From Auanema rhodensis (Eukaryota; Animalia; Nematoda), in the NCBI GenBank assembly GCA_964057225.1, contig OZ059899.1, forward strand, positions 4,464,001 through 4,528,000: 64,000 nt of DNA, given 5' to 3'. A model generated the notes under the pieces. That model ran no database searches, had not been told where the DNA came from, and saw nothing but the letters and a program-made list of their open reading frames with translations. Positions 26,801 to 40,016 of the stretch are shown here, one piece after another. A program made the translations under genes and the position numbers. Numbering within the stretch: position 1 is the first letter of the stretch; each line of letters begins with the position of its first letter.

Positions 26801-27029
26801 ATACACTAATGCATCATTTTTCAAACGATCATAACTGATTTTTGTATTAAGCGTTTCTCAATGTAGTATAGTGCATTCGATGCGGATTTTTAAGCTGCGT
26901 CGATCTGTGTTATCAGATTTGCGCTAGCTTAAAAATGCACCGAGATATCAACTGATATAAATTCACACATATATCCTCGATTTTCACCCTGAAGAATGAA
27001 TTTTTTCGTAGAATAACATTGTCCATCGT
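23871..27029 (+). repeat. 702-bp dimer HOR, 4.5 copies (monomers 69-77)
   Basis: Strict alternation of a monomer ending gaatgaattttttcgtagaat with one carrying tttttcaaaaaaa, aactaa and gctgagtcg. Confidence 0.9.
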
Positions 27030-29135
27030 CTTTGCCTTGAAAAAAGGAATCTAAAAACATCTACTTTTTGCTAAATTATTTTGAAATTTTTCGAAAAAAT
27101 TTTTGTCAAAATGTTTTTGGAAGCAATGTTGAGTGTACATGGAAACTCAACATACACTAATGCATCATTTTTCAAACGATCATAACTAATTTTTGTATTA
27201 AGCGTTTCTCAATGTAGTATAGTGCATTCGATGCGGATTTTTAAGCTGCGTCGATCCGTGTTATCAGATTTGCGCTAGCTTAAAAATGCACCGAGATATC
27301 AACTGATATAAGTTCACACTTACATTCTCAATTTTCACCCTGAAGAATCAATTTTTTCGTTGAATAACATTGTCCATCGTCTTTGCCTTGAAAAAAGGAA
27401 TCTAAAAACATCTACTTTTTGCTAAATTATTTTGAAATTTTCCGAAAAAATTTTTGTCAAAATGTTTTTGGAAGCAATGTTGAGTGTACATGGAAACTCA
27501 ACATACACTAATGCATCATTTTTCAAACGATCATAACTAATTTTTGTATTAAGCGTTTCTCAATGTAGTATAGTGCATTCGATGCGGATTTTTAAGCTGC
27601 GTCGATCTGTGTTATCAGATTTGCGCTAGCTTAAAAATGCACCGAGATATCAACTGATATAAGTTCACACTTATATTCTCGATTTTCACCCTGAAGAATC
27701 AATTTTTTCGTTGAATAACATTGTCCATCGTCTTTGCCTTGAAAAAAGGAATCTAAAAACATCTACTTTTTGCTAAATTATTTTGAAATTTTCCGAAAAA
27801 ATTTTTGTCAAAATGTTTTTGGAAGCAATGTTGAGTGTACATGGAAACTCAACATACACTAATGCATCATTTTTCAAACGATCATAACTGATTTTTGTAT
27901 TAAGCGTTTCTCAATGTAGTATAGTGCATTCGATGCGGATTTTTAAGCTGCGTCGATCTGTGTTATCAGATTTGCGCTAGCTTAAAAATGCACCGAGATA
28001 TCAACTGATATAAATTCACACATATATCCTCGATTTTCACCCTGAAGAATGAATTTTTTCGTAGAATAACATTGTCCATCGTCTTTGCCTTGAAAAAAGG
28101 AATCTAAAAACATCTACTTTTTGCTAAATTATTTTGAAATTTTCCGAAAAAATTTTTGTCAAAATGTTTTTGGAAGCAATGTTGAGTGTACATGGAAACT
28201 CAACATACACTAATGCATCATTTTTCAAACGATCATAACTGATTTTTGTATTAAGCGTTTCTCAATGTAGTATAGTGCATTCGATGCGGATTTTTAAGCT
28301 GCGTCGATCTGTCTTATCAGATTTGCGCTAGCTTAAAAATGCACCGAGATATCAACTGATATAAGTTCACACTTACATTCTCAATTTTCACCCTGAAGAA
28401 TCAATTTTTTCGTTGAATAACATTGTCCATCGTCTTTGCCTTGAAAAAAGAAATCTAAAAACATCTACTTTTTGCTAAATTATTTTGAAATTTTCCGAAA
28501 AAATTTTTGTCAAAATGTTTTTGGAAGCAATGTTGAGTGTACATGGAAACTCAACATACACTAATGCATCATTTTTCAAACGATCATAACTGATTTTTGT
28601 ATTAAGCGTTTCTCAATGTAGTATAGTGCATTCGATGCGGATTTTTAAGCTGCGTCGATCTGTGTTATCAGATTTGCGCTAGCTTAAAAATGCACCGAGA
28701 TATCAACTGATATAAGTTCACACTTATATCCTCGATTTTCACCCTGAAGAATCAATTTTTTCGTTGAATAACATTGTCCATCGTCTTTGCCTTAAAAAAA
28801 GAAATCTAAAAACATCTACTTTTTGCTAAATTATTTTGAAATTTTTCGAAAAAATTTTTGTCAAAATGTTTTTGGAAGCAATGTTGAGTGTACATGGAAA
28901 CTCAACATACACTAATGCATCATTTTTCAAACGATCATAACTAACTTTTGTATTAAGCGTTTCTCAATGTAGTATAGTGCATTCGATGCGGATTTTTAAG
29001 CTGCGTCGATCTGTGTTATCAGATTTGCGCTAGCTTAAAAATGCACCGAGATATCAACTGATATAAGTTCACACTTATATCTTCGATTTTCACCCTGAAG
29101 AATTAATTTTTTCGTTGAATAACATTGTCCATCGT
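27030..29135 (+). repeat. Transition zone between subfamilies (monomers 78-83)
   Basis: Mixed and rare variants (ctcaatttt, tgtcttatc, cttaaaaaaag, ctaactttt). Last G320 at 28051. The right-type cacttatatcc + gaatcaat combination appears. Confidence 0.7.
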
Positions 29136-32100
29136 CTTCGCCTTGAAAAAAGGAATCTAGAAGCATCTACTTTTTGCTAAATTATTTTGAAATTTTTCGA
29201 AAAAATTTTTGTCAAAATGTTTTTGGAAGCAATGTTGAGTGTACATGGAAACTCAACATACACTAATGCATCATTTTTCAAACGATCATAACTGATTTTT
29301 GTATTAAGCGTTTCTCAATGTAGTATAGTGCATTCGATGCGGATTTTTAAGCTGCGTCGATCTGTGTTATCAGATTTGCGCTAGCTTAAAAATGCACCGA
29401 GATATCAACTGATATAAGTTCACACATATATCCTCGATTTTCACCCTGAAGAATCAATTTTTTCGTTGAATAACATTGTCCATCGTCTTTGCCTTGAAAA
29501 AAGAAATCTAAAAACATCTACTTTTTGCTAAATTAGTTTGAAATTTTTCGAAAAAATTTTTGTCAAAATGTTTTTGGAAGCAATGTTGAGTGTACATGGA
29601 AACTCAACATACACTAATGCATCATTTTTCAAACGATCATAACTGATTTTTGTATTAAGCGTTTCTCAATGTAGTATAGTGCATTCGATGCGGATTTTTA
29701 AGCTGCGTCGATCTGTGTTATCAGATTTGCGCTAGCTTAAAAATGCACCGAGATATCAACTGATATATGTTCACACTTATATCCTCGATTTTCACCCTGA
29801 AGAATCAATTTTTTCATTGAATAACATTGTCCTTCGTCTTTGCCTTGAAAAAAGAAATCTAAAAACATCTACTTTTTGCTAAATTATTTTGAAATTTTTC
29901 GAAAAAATTTTTGTCAAAATGTTTTTGGAAGCAATGTTGAGTGTACATGGAAACTCAACATACACTAATGCATCATTTTTTAAACGATCATAACTAATTT
30001 TTGTATTAAGCGTTTCTCAATGTAGTATAGTGCATTCGATGCGGATTTTTAAGCTGCGTCGATCTGTGTTATCAGATTTGCGCTAGCTTAAAAATGCACC
30101 GAGATATCAACTGATATAAGTTCACACTTATATCTTCGATTTTCACCCTGAAGAATTAATTTTTTCGTTGAATAACATTGTCCATCGTCTTCGCCTTGAA
30201 AAAAGGAATCTAGAAGCATCTACTTTTTGCTAAATTATTTTGAAATTTTTCGAAAAAATTTTTGTCAAAATGTTTTTGGAAGCAATGTTGAGTGTACATG
30301 GAAACTCAACATACACTAATGCATCATTTTTCAAACGATCATAACTGATTTTTGTATTAAGCGTTTCTCAATGTAGTATAGTGCATTCGATGCGGATTTT
30401 TAAGCTGCGTCGATCTGTGTTATCAGATTTGCGCTAGCTTAAAAATGCACCGAGATATCAACTGATATATGTTCACACTTATATCCTCGATTTTCACCCT
30501 GAAGAATCAATTTTTTCATTGAATAACATTGTCCTTCGTCTTTGCCTTGAAAAAAGAAATCTAAAAACATCTACTTTTTGCTAAATTAGTTTGAAATTTT
30601 TCGAAAAAATTTTTGTCAAAATGTTTTTGGAAGCAATGTTGAGTGTACATGGAAACTCAACATACACTAATGCATCATTTTTTAAACGATCATAACTAAT
30701 TTTTGTATTAAGCGTTTCTCAATGTAGTATAGTGCATTCGATGCGGATTTTTAAGCTGCGTCGATCTGTGTTATCAGATTTGCGCTAGCTTAAAAATGCA
30801 CCGAGATATCAACTGATATAAGTTCACACTTATATCCTCGATTTTCACCCTGAAGAATCAATTTTTTCGTTGAATAACATTGTCCATCGTCTTTGCCTTG
30901 AAAAAAGGAATCTAGAAGCATCTACTTTTTGCTAAATTATTTTGAAATTTTTCGAAAAAATTTTTGTCAAAATGTTTTTGGAAGCAATGTTGAGTGTACA
31001 TGGAAACTCAACATACACTAATGCATCATTTTTCAAACGATCATAACTGATTTTTGTATTAAGCGTTTCTCAATGTAGTATAGTGCATTCGATGCGGATT
31101 TTTAAGCTGCGTCGATCTGTGTTATCAGATTTGCGCTAGCTTAAAAATGCACCGAGATATCAACTGATATAAGTTCACACATATATCCTCGATTTTCACC
31201 CTGAAGAATCAATTTTTTCGTTGAATAACATTGTCCATCGTCTTTGCCTTGAAAAAAGAAATCTAAAAACATCTACTTTTTGCTAAATTAGTTTGAAATT
31301 TTTCGAAAAAATTTTTGTCAAAATGTTTTTGGAAGCAATGTTGAGTGTACATGGAAACTCAACATACACTAATGCATCATTTTTCAAACGATCATAACTG
31401 ATTTTTGTATTAAGCGTTTCTCAATGTAGTATAGTGCATTCGATGCGGATTTTTAAGCTGCGTCGATCTGTGTTATCAGATTTGCGCTAGCTTAAAAATG
31501 CACCGAGATATCAACTGATATATGTTCACACTTATATCCTCGATTTTCACCCTGAAGAATCAATTTTTTCATTGAATAACATTGTCCTTCGTCTTTGCCT
31601 TGAAAAAAGAAATCTAAAAACATCTACTTTTTGCTAAATTATTTTGAAATTTTTCGAAAAAATTTTTGTCAAAATGTTTTTGGAAGCAATGTTGAGTGTA
31701 CATGGAAACTCAACATACACTAATGCATCATTTTTTAAACGATCATAACTAATTTTTGTATTAAGCGTTTCTCAATGTAGTATAGTGCATTCGATGCGGA
31801 TTTTTAAGCTGCGTCGATCTGTGTTATCAGATTTGCGCTAGCTTAAAAATGCACCGAGATATCAACTGATATAAGTTCACACTTATATCTTCGATTTTCA
31901 CCCTGAAGAATTAATTTTTTCGTTGAATAACATTGTCCATCGTCTTCGCCTTGAAAAAAGGAATCTAGAAGCATCTACTTTTTGCTAAATTATTTTGAAA
32001 TTTTTCGAAAAAATTTTTGTCAAAATGTTTTTGGAAGCAATGTTGAGTGTACATGGAAACTCAACATACACTAATGCATCATTTTTCAAACGATCATAAC

Positions 32101-35100
32101 TGATTTTTGTATTAAGCGTTTCTCAATGTAGTATAGTGCATTCGATGCGGATTTTTAAGCTGCGTCGATCTGTGTTATCAGATTTGCGCTAGCTTAAAAA
32201 TGCACCGAGATATCAACTGATATATGTTCACACTTATATCCTCGATTTTCACCCTGAAGAATCAATTTTTTCATTGAATAACATTGTCCTTCGTCTTTGC
32301 CTTGAAAAAAGAAATCTAAAAACATCTACTTTTTGCTAAATTAGTTTGAAATTTTTCGAAAAAATTTTTGTCAAAATGTTTTTGGAAGCAATGTTGAGTG
32401 TACATGGAAACTCAACATACACTAATGCATCATTTTTTAAACGATCATAACTAATTTTTGTATTAAGCGTTTCTCAATGTAGTATAGTGCATTCGATGCG
32501 GATTTTTAAGCTGCGTCGATCTGTGTTATCAGATTTGCGCTAGCTTAAAAATGCACCGAGATATCAACTGATATAAGTTCACACTTATATCCTCGATTTT
32601 CACCCTGAAGAATCAATTTTTTCGTTGAATAACATTGTCCATCGTCTTTGCCTTGAAAAAAGGAATCTAGAAGCATCTACTTTTTGCTAAATTATTTTGA
32701 AATTTTTCGAAAAAATTTTTGTCAAAATGTTTTTGGAAGCAATGTTGAGTGTACATGGAAACTCAACATACACTAATGCATCATTTTTCAAACGATCATA
32801 ACTGATTTTTGTATTAAGCGTTTCTCAATGTAGTATAGTGCATTCGATGCGGATTTTTAAGCTGCGTCGATCTGTGTTATCAGATTTGCGCTAGCTTAAA
32901 AATGCACCGAGATATCAACTGATATAAGTTCACACTTATATCCTCGATTTTCACCCTGAAGAATCAATTTTTTCGTTGAATAACATTGTCCTTCGTCTTT
33001 GCCTTGAAAAAAGAAATCTAAAAACATCTACTTTTTGCTAAATTAGTTTGAAATTTTTCGAAAAAATTTTTGTCAAAATGTTTTTGGAAGCAATGTTGAG
33101 TGTACATGGAAACTCAACATACACTAATGCATCATTTTTTAAACGATCATAACTAATTTTTGTATTAAGCGTTTCTCAATGTAGTATAGTGCATTCGATG
33201 CGGATTTTTAAGCTGCGTCGATCTGTGTTATCAGATTTGCGCTAGCTTAAAAATGCACCGAGATATCAACTGATATAAGTTCACACTTATATCCTCGATT
33301 TTCACCCTGAAGAATCAATTTTTTCGTTGAATAACATTGTCCATCGTCTTTGCCTTGAAAAAAGGAATCTAGAAGCATCTACTTTTTGCTAAATTATTTT
33401 GAAATTTTTCGAAAAAATTTTTGTCAAAATGTTTTTGGAAGCAATGTTGAGTGTACATGGAAACTCAACATACACTAATGCATCATTTTTCAAACGATCA
33501 TAACTGATTTTTGTATTAAGCGTTTCTCAATGTAGTATAGTGCATTCGATGCGGATTTTTAAGCTGCGTCGATCTGTGTTATCAGATTTGCGCTAGCTTA
33601 AAAATGCACCGAGATATCAACTGATATAAGTTCACACTTATATCCTCGATTTTCACCCTGAAGAATCAATTTTTTCGTTGAATAACATTGTCCATCGTCT
33701 TTGCCTTGAAAAAAGGAATCTAGAAGCATCTACTTTTTGCTAAATTATTTTGAAATTTTTCGAAAAAATTTTTGTCAAAATGTTTTTGGAAGCAATGTTG
33801 AGTGTACATGGAATTTCAATATACACTAATGCATCATTTTTCAAACGATCATAACTGATTTTTGTATTAAGCGTTTCTCAATGTAGTATAGTGCATTCGA
33901 TGCGGATTTTTAAGCTGCGTCGATCTGTGTTATCAGATTTGCGCTAGCTTAAAAATGCACCGAGATATCAACTGATATATGTTCACACTTATATCCTCGA
34001 TTTTCACCCTGAAGAATCAATTTTTTCATTGAATAACATTGTCCTTCGTCTTTGCCTTGAAAAAAGAAATCTAAAAACATCTACTTTTTGCTAAATTATT
34101 TTGAAATTTTTCGAAAAAATTTTTGTCAAAATGTTTTTGGAAGCAATGTTGAGTGTACATGGAAACTCAACATACACTAATGCATCATTTTTTAAACGAT
34201 CATAACTAATTTTTGTATTAAGCGTTTCTCAATGTAGTATAGTGCATTCGATGCGGATTTTTAAGCTGCGTCGATCTGTGTTATCAGATTTGCGCTAGCT
34301 TAAAAATGCACCGAGATATCAACTGATATAAGTTCACACTTATATCTTCGATTTTCACCCTGAAGAATTAATTTTTTCGTTGAATAACATTGTCCATCGT
34401 CTTCGCCTTGAAAAAAGGAATCTAGAAGCATCTACTTTTTGCTAAATTATTTTGAAATTTTTCGAAAAAATTTTTGTCAAAATGTTTTTGGAAGCAATGT
34501 TGAGTGTACATGGAAACTCAACATACACTAATGCATCATTTTTCAAACGATCATAACTGATTTTTGTATTAAGCGTTTCTCAATGTAGTATAGTGCATTC
34601 GATGCGGATTTTTAAGCTGCGTCGATCTGTGTTATCAGATTTGCGCTAGCTTAAAAATGCACCGAGATATCAACTGATATATGTTCACACTTATATCCTC
34701 GATTTTCACCCTGAAGAATCAATTTTTTCATTGAATAACATTGTCCTTCGTCTTTGCCTTGAAAAAAGAAATCTAAAAACATCTACTTTTTGCTAAATTA
34801 GTTTGAAATTTTTCGAAAAAATTTTTGTCAAAATGTTTTTGGAAGCAATGTTGAGTGTACATGGAAACTCAACATACACTAATGCATCATTTTTTAAACG
34901 ATCATAACTAATTTTTGTATTAAGCGTTTCTCAATGTAGTATAGTGCATTCGATGCGGATTTTTAAGCTGCGTCGATCTGTGTTATCAGATTTGCGCTAG
35001 CTTAAAAATGCACCGAGATATCAACTGATATAAGTTCACACTTATATCCTCGATTTTCACCCTGAAGAATCAATTTTTTCGTTGAATAACATTGTCCATC

Positions 35101-38100
35101 GTCTTTGCCTTGAAAAAAGGAATCTAGAAGCATCTACTTTTTGCTAAATTATTTTGAAATTTTTCGAAAAAATTTTTGTCAAAATGTTTTTGGAAGCAAT
35201 GTTGAGTGTACATGGAAACTCAACATACACTAATGCATCATTTTTCAAACGATCATAACTGATTTTTGTATTAAGCGTTTCTCAATGTAGTATAGTGCAT
35301 TCGATGCGGATTTTTAAGCTGCGTCGATCTGTGTTATCAGATTTGCGCTAGCTTAAAAATGCACCGAGATATCAACTGATATAAGTTCACACTTATATCC
35401 TCGATTTTCACCCTGAAGAATCAATTTTTTCGTTGAATAACATTGTCCTTCGTCTTTGCCTTGAAAAAAGAAATCTAAAAACATCTACTTTTTGCTAAAT
35501 TAGTTTGAAATTTTTCGAAAAAATTTTTGTCAAAATGTTTTTGGAAGCAATGTTGAGTGTACATGGAAACTCAACATACACTAATGCATCATTTTTTAAA
35601 CGATCATAACTAATTTTTGTATTAAGCGTTTCTCAATGTAGTATAGTGCATTCGATGCGGATTTTTAAGCTGCGTCGATCTGTGTTATCAGATTTGCGCT
35701 AGCTTAAAAATGCACCGAGATATCAACTGATATAAGTTCACACTTATATCCTCGATTTTCACCCTGAAGAATCAATTTTTTCGTTGAATAACATTGTCCA
35801 TCGTCTTTGCCTTGAAAAAAGGAATCTAGAAGCATCTACTTTTTGCTAAATTATTTTGAAATTTTTCGAAAAAATTTTTGTCAAAATGTTTTTGGAAGCA
35901 ATGTTGAGTGTACATGGAAACTCAACATACACTAATGCATCATTTTTCAAACGATCATAACTGATTTTTGTATTAAGCGTTTCTCAATGTAGTATAGTGC
36001 ATTCGATGCGGATTTTTAAGCTGCGTCGATCTGTGTTATCAGATTTGCGCTAGCTTAAAAATGCACCGAGATATCAACTGATATAAGTTCACACTTATAT
36101 CCTCGATTTTCACCCTGAAGAATCAATTTTTTCGTTGAATAACATTGTCCATCGTCTTTGCCTTGAAAAAAGGAATCTAGAAGCATCTACTTTTTGCTAA
36201 ATTATTTTGAAATTTTTCGAAAAAATTTTTGTCAAAATGTTTTTGGAAGCAATGTTGAGTGTACATGGAATTTCAATATACACTAATGCATCATTTTTCA
36301 AACGATCATAACTGATTTTTGTATTAAGCGTTTCTCAATGTAGTATAGTGCATTCGATGCGGATTTTTAAGCTGCGTCGATCTGTGTTATCAGATTTGCG
36401 CTAGCTTAAAAATGCACCGAGATATCAACTGATATAAGTTCACACATATATCCTCGATTTTCACCCTGAAGAATCAATTTTTTCGTTGAATAACATTGTC
36501 CATCGTCTTTGCCTTGAAAAAAGAAATCTAAAAACATCTACTTTTTGCTAAATTAGTTTGAAATTTTTCGAAAAAATTTTTGTCAAAATGTTTTTGGAAG
36601 CAATGTTGAGTGTACATGGAAACTCAACATACACTAATGCATCATTTTTCAAACGATCATAACTGATTTTTGTATCAAGCGTTTCTCAATGTAGTATAGT
36701 GCATTCGATGCGGATTTTTAAGCTGCGTCGATCTGTGTTATCAGATTTGCGCTAGCTTAAAAATGCACCGAGATATCAACTGATATATGTTCACACTTAT
36801 ATCCTCGATTTTCACCCTGAAGAATTAATTTTTTCGTTGAATAACATTGTCCATCGTCTTTGCCTTGAAAAAAGGAATCTAGAAGCATCTACTTTTTGCT
36901 AAATTATTTTGAAATTTTTCGAAAAAATTTTTGTCAAAATGTTTTTGGAAGCAATGTTGAGTGTACATGGAAACTCAACATACACTAATGCATCATTTTT
37001 CAAACGATCATAACTGATTTTTGTATTAAGCGTTTCTCAATGTAGTATAGTGCATTCGATGCGGATTTTTAAGCTGCGTCGATCTGTGTTATCAGATTTG
37101 CGCTAGCTTAAAAATGCACCGAGATATCAACTGATATATGTTCACACTTATATCCTCGATTTTCACCCTGAAGAATTAATTTTTTCGTTGAATAACATTG
37201 TCCATCGTCTTTGCCTTGAAAAAAGGAATCTAGAAGCATCTACTTTTTGCTAAATTATTTTGAAATTTTTCGAAAAAATTTTTGTCAAAATGTTTTTGGA
37301 AGCAATGTTGAGTGTACATGGAAACTCAACATACACTAATGCATCATTTTTCAAACGATCATAACTGATTTTTGTATTAAGCGTTTCTCAATGTAGTATA
37401 GTGCATTCGATGCGGATTTTTAAGCTGCGTCGATCTGTGTTATCAGATTTGCGCTAGCTTAAAAATGCACCGAGATATCAACTGATATATGTTCACACTT
37501 ATATCCTCGATTTTCACCCTGAAGAATCAATTTTTTCATTGAATAACATTGTCCTTCGTCTTTGCCTTGAAAAAAGAAATCTAAAAACATCTACTTTTTG
37601 CTAAATTATTTTGAAATTTTTCGAAAAAATTTTTGTCAAAATGTTTTTGGAAGCAATGTTGAGTGTACATGGAAACTCAACATACACTAATGCATCATTT
37701 TTCAAACGATCATAACTGATTTTTGTATTAAGCGTTTCTCAATGTAGTATAGTGCATTCGATGCGGATTTTTAAGCTGCGTCGATCTGTGTTATCAGATT
37801 TGCGCTAGCTTAAAAATGCACCGAGATATCAACTGATATAAGTTCACACTTATATCCTCGATTTTCACCCTGAAGAATCAATTTTTTCGTTGAATAACAT
37901 TGTCCATCGTCTTTGCCTTGAAAAAAGGAATCTAGAAGCATCTACTTTTTGCTAAATTATTTTGAAATTTTTCGAAAAAATTTTTGTCAAAATGTTTTTG
38001 GAAGCAATGTTGAGTGTACATGGAAACTCAACATACACTAATGCATCATTTTTCAAACGATCATAACTGATTTTTGTATTAAGCGTTTCTCAATGTAGTA

Positions 38101-40016
38101 TAGTGCATTCGATGCGGATTTTTAAGCTGCGTCGATCTGTGTTATCAGATTTGCGCTAGCTTAAAAATGCACCGAGATATCAACTGATATAAGTTCACAC
38201 ATATATCCTCGATTTTCACCCTGAAGAATCAATTTTTTCGTTGAATAACATTGTCCATCGTCTTTGCCTTGAAAAAAGAAATCTAAAAACATCTACTTTT
38301 TGCTAAATTAGTTTGAAATTTTTCGAAAAAATTTTTGTCAAAATGTTTTTGGAAGCAATGTTGAGTGTACATGGAAACTCAACATACACTAATGCATCAT
38401 TTTTTAAACGATCATAACTAATTTTTGTATTAAGCGTTTCTCAATGTAGTATAGTGCATTCGATGCGGATTTTTAAGCTGCGTCGATCTGTGTTATCAGA
38501 TTTGCGCTAGCTTAAAAATGCACCGAGATATCAACTGATATAAGTTCACACTTATATCCTCGATTTTCACCCTGAAGAATCAATTTTTTCGTTGAATAAC
38601 ATTGTCCATCGTCTTTGCCTTGAAAAAAGAAATCTAAAAACATCTACTTTTTGCTAAATTATTTTGAAATTTTTCGAAAAAATTTTTGTCAAAATGTTTT
38701 TGGAAGCAATGTTGAGTGTACATGGAAACTCAACATACACTAATGCATCATTTTTCAAACGATCATAACTGATTTTTGTATCAAGCGTTTCTCAATGTAG
38801 TATAGTGCATTCGATGCGGATTTTTAAGCTGCGTCGATCTGTGTTATCAGATTTGCGCTAGCTTAAAAATGCACCGAGATATCAACTGATATATGTTCAC
38901 ACTTATATCCTCGATTTTCACCCTGAAGAATTAATTTTTTCGTTGAATAACATTGTCCATCGTCTTTGCCTTGAAAAAAGGAATCTAGAAGCATCTACTT
39001 TTTGCTAAATTATTTTGAAATTTTTCGAAAAAATTTTTGTCAAAATGTTTTTGGAAGCAATGTTGAGTGTACATGGAAACTCAACATACACTAATGCATC
39101 ATTTTTCAAACGATCATAACTGATTTTTGTATTAAGCGTTTCTCAATGTAGTATAGTGCATTCGATGCGGATTTTTAAGCTGCGTCGATCTGTGTTATCA
39201 GATTTGCGCTAGCTTAAAAATGCACCGAGATATCAACTGATATATGTTCACACTTATATCCTCGATTTTCACCCTGAAGAATTAATTTTTTCGTTGAATA
39301 ACATTGTCCATCGTCTTTGCCTTGAAAAAAAGAATCTAGAAGCATCTACTTTTTGCTAAATTATTCTGAAATTTTTCGAAAAAATTTTTGTCAAAATGTT
39401 TTTGGAAGCAATGTTGAGTGTACATGGAAACTCAACATACACTAATGCATCATTTTTCAAACGATCATAACTGATTTTTGTATTAAGCGTTTCTCAATGT
39501 AGTATAGTGCATTCGATGCGGATTTTTAAGCTGCGTCGATCTGTGTTATCAGATTTGCGCTAGCTTAAAAATGCACCGAGATATCAACTGATATAAGTTC
39601 ACACTTATATCCTCGATTTTCACCCTGAAGAATCAATTTTTTCGTTGAATAACATTGTCCATCGTCTTTGCCTTGAAAAAAGGAATCTAGAAGCATCTAC
39701 TTTTTGCTAAATTATTTTGAAATTTTTCGAAAAAATTTTTGTCAAAATGTTTTTGGAAGCAATGTTGAGTGTACATGGAAACTCAACATACACTAATGCA
39801 TCATTTTTCAAACGATCATAACTGATTTTTGTATTAAGCGTTTCTCAATGTAGTATAGTGCATTCGATGCGGATTTTTAAGCTGCGTCGATCTGTGTTAT
39901 CAGATTTGCGCTAGCTTAAAAATGCACCGAGATATCCACTGATATAAGTTCACACTTATATCCTCGATTTTCACCCTGAAGAATCAATTTTTTCGTTGAA
40001 TAACATTGTCTATCGT
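29136..40016 (+). repeat. Middle layer of the right subfamily (monomers 84-114), with 5-, 7- and 6-mer duplications
   Basis: First TCTAGAAG at 29156. Layer-typical variants: aattagtttg, gtccttcg, cattttttaaacg, tatcttcg, cttcgcc. Confidence 0.8.

Larger units (their letters stand above)
1..27029 (+). repeat. Left subfamily domain (monomers 1-77), more heterogeneous, with HOR and dimer blocks
   Basis: Carries variants not seen after ~28.1 kb: A174 (aagagttt, last at 24044), C213 (attttcaag, last at 21626), gatctatg, aaattcacac, gtttacac, G320 (gaatgaat). TCTAGAAG is absent. Confidence 0.85.
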
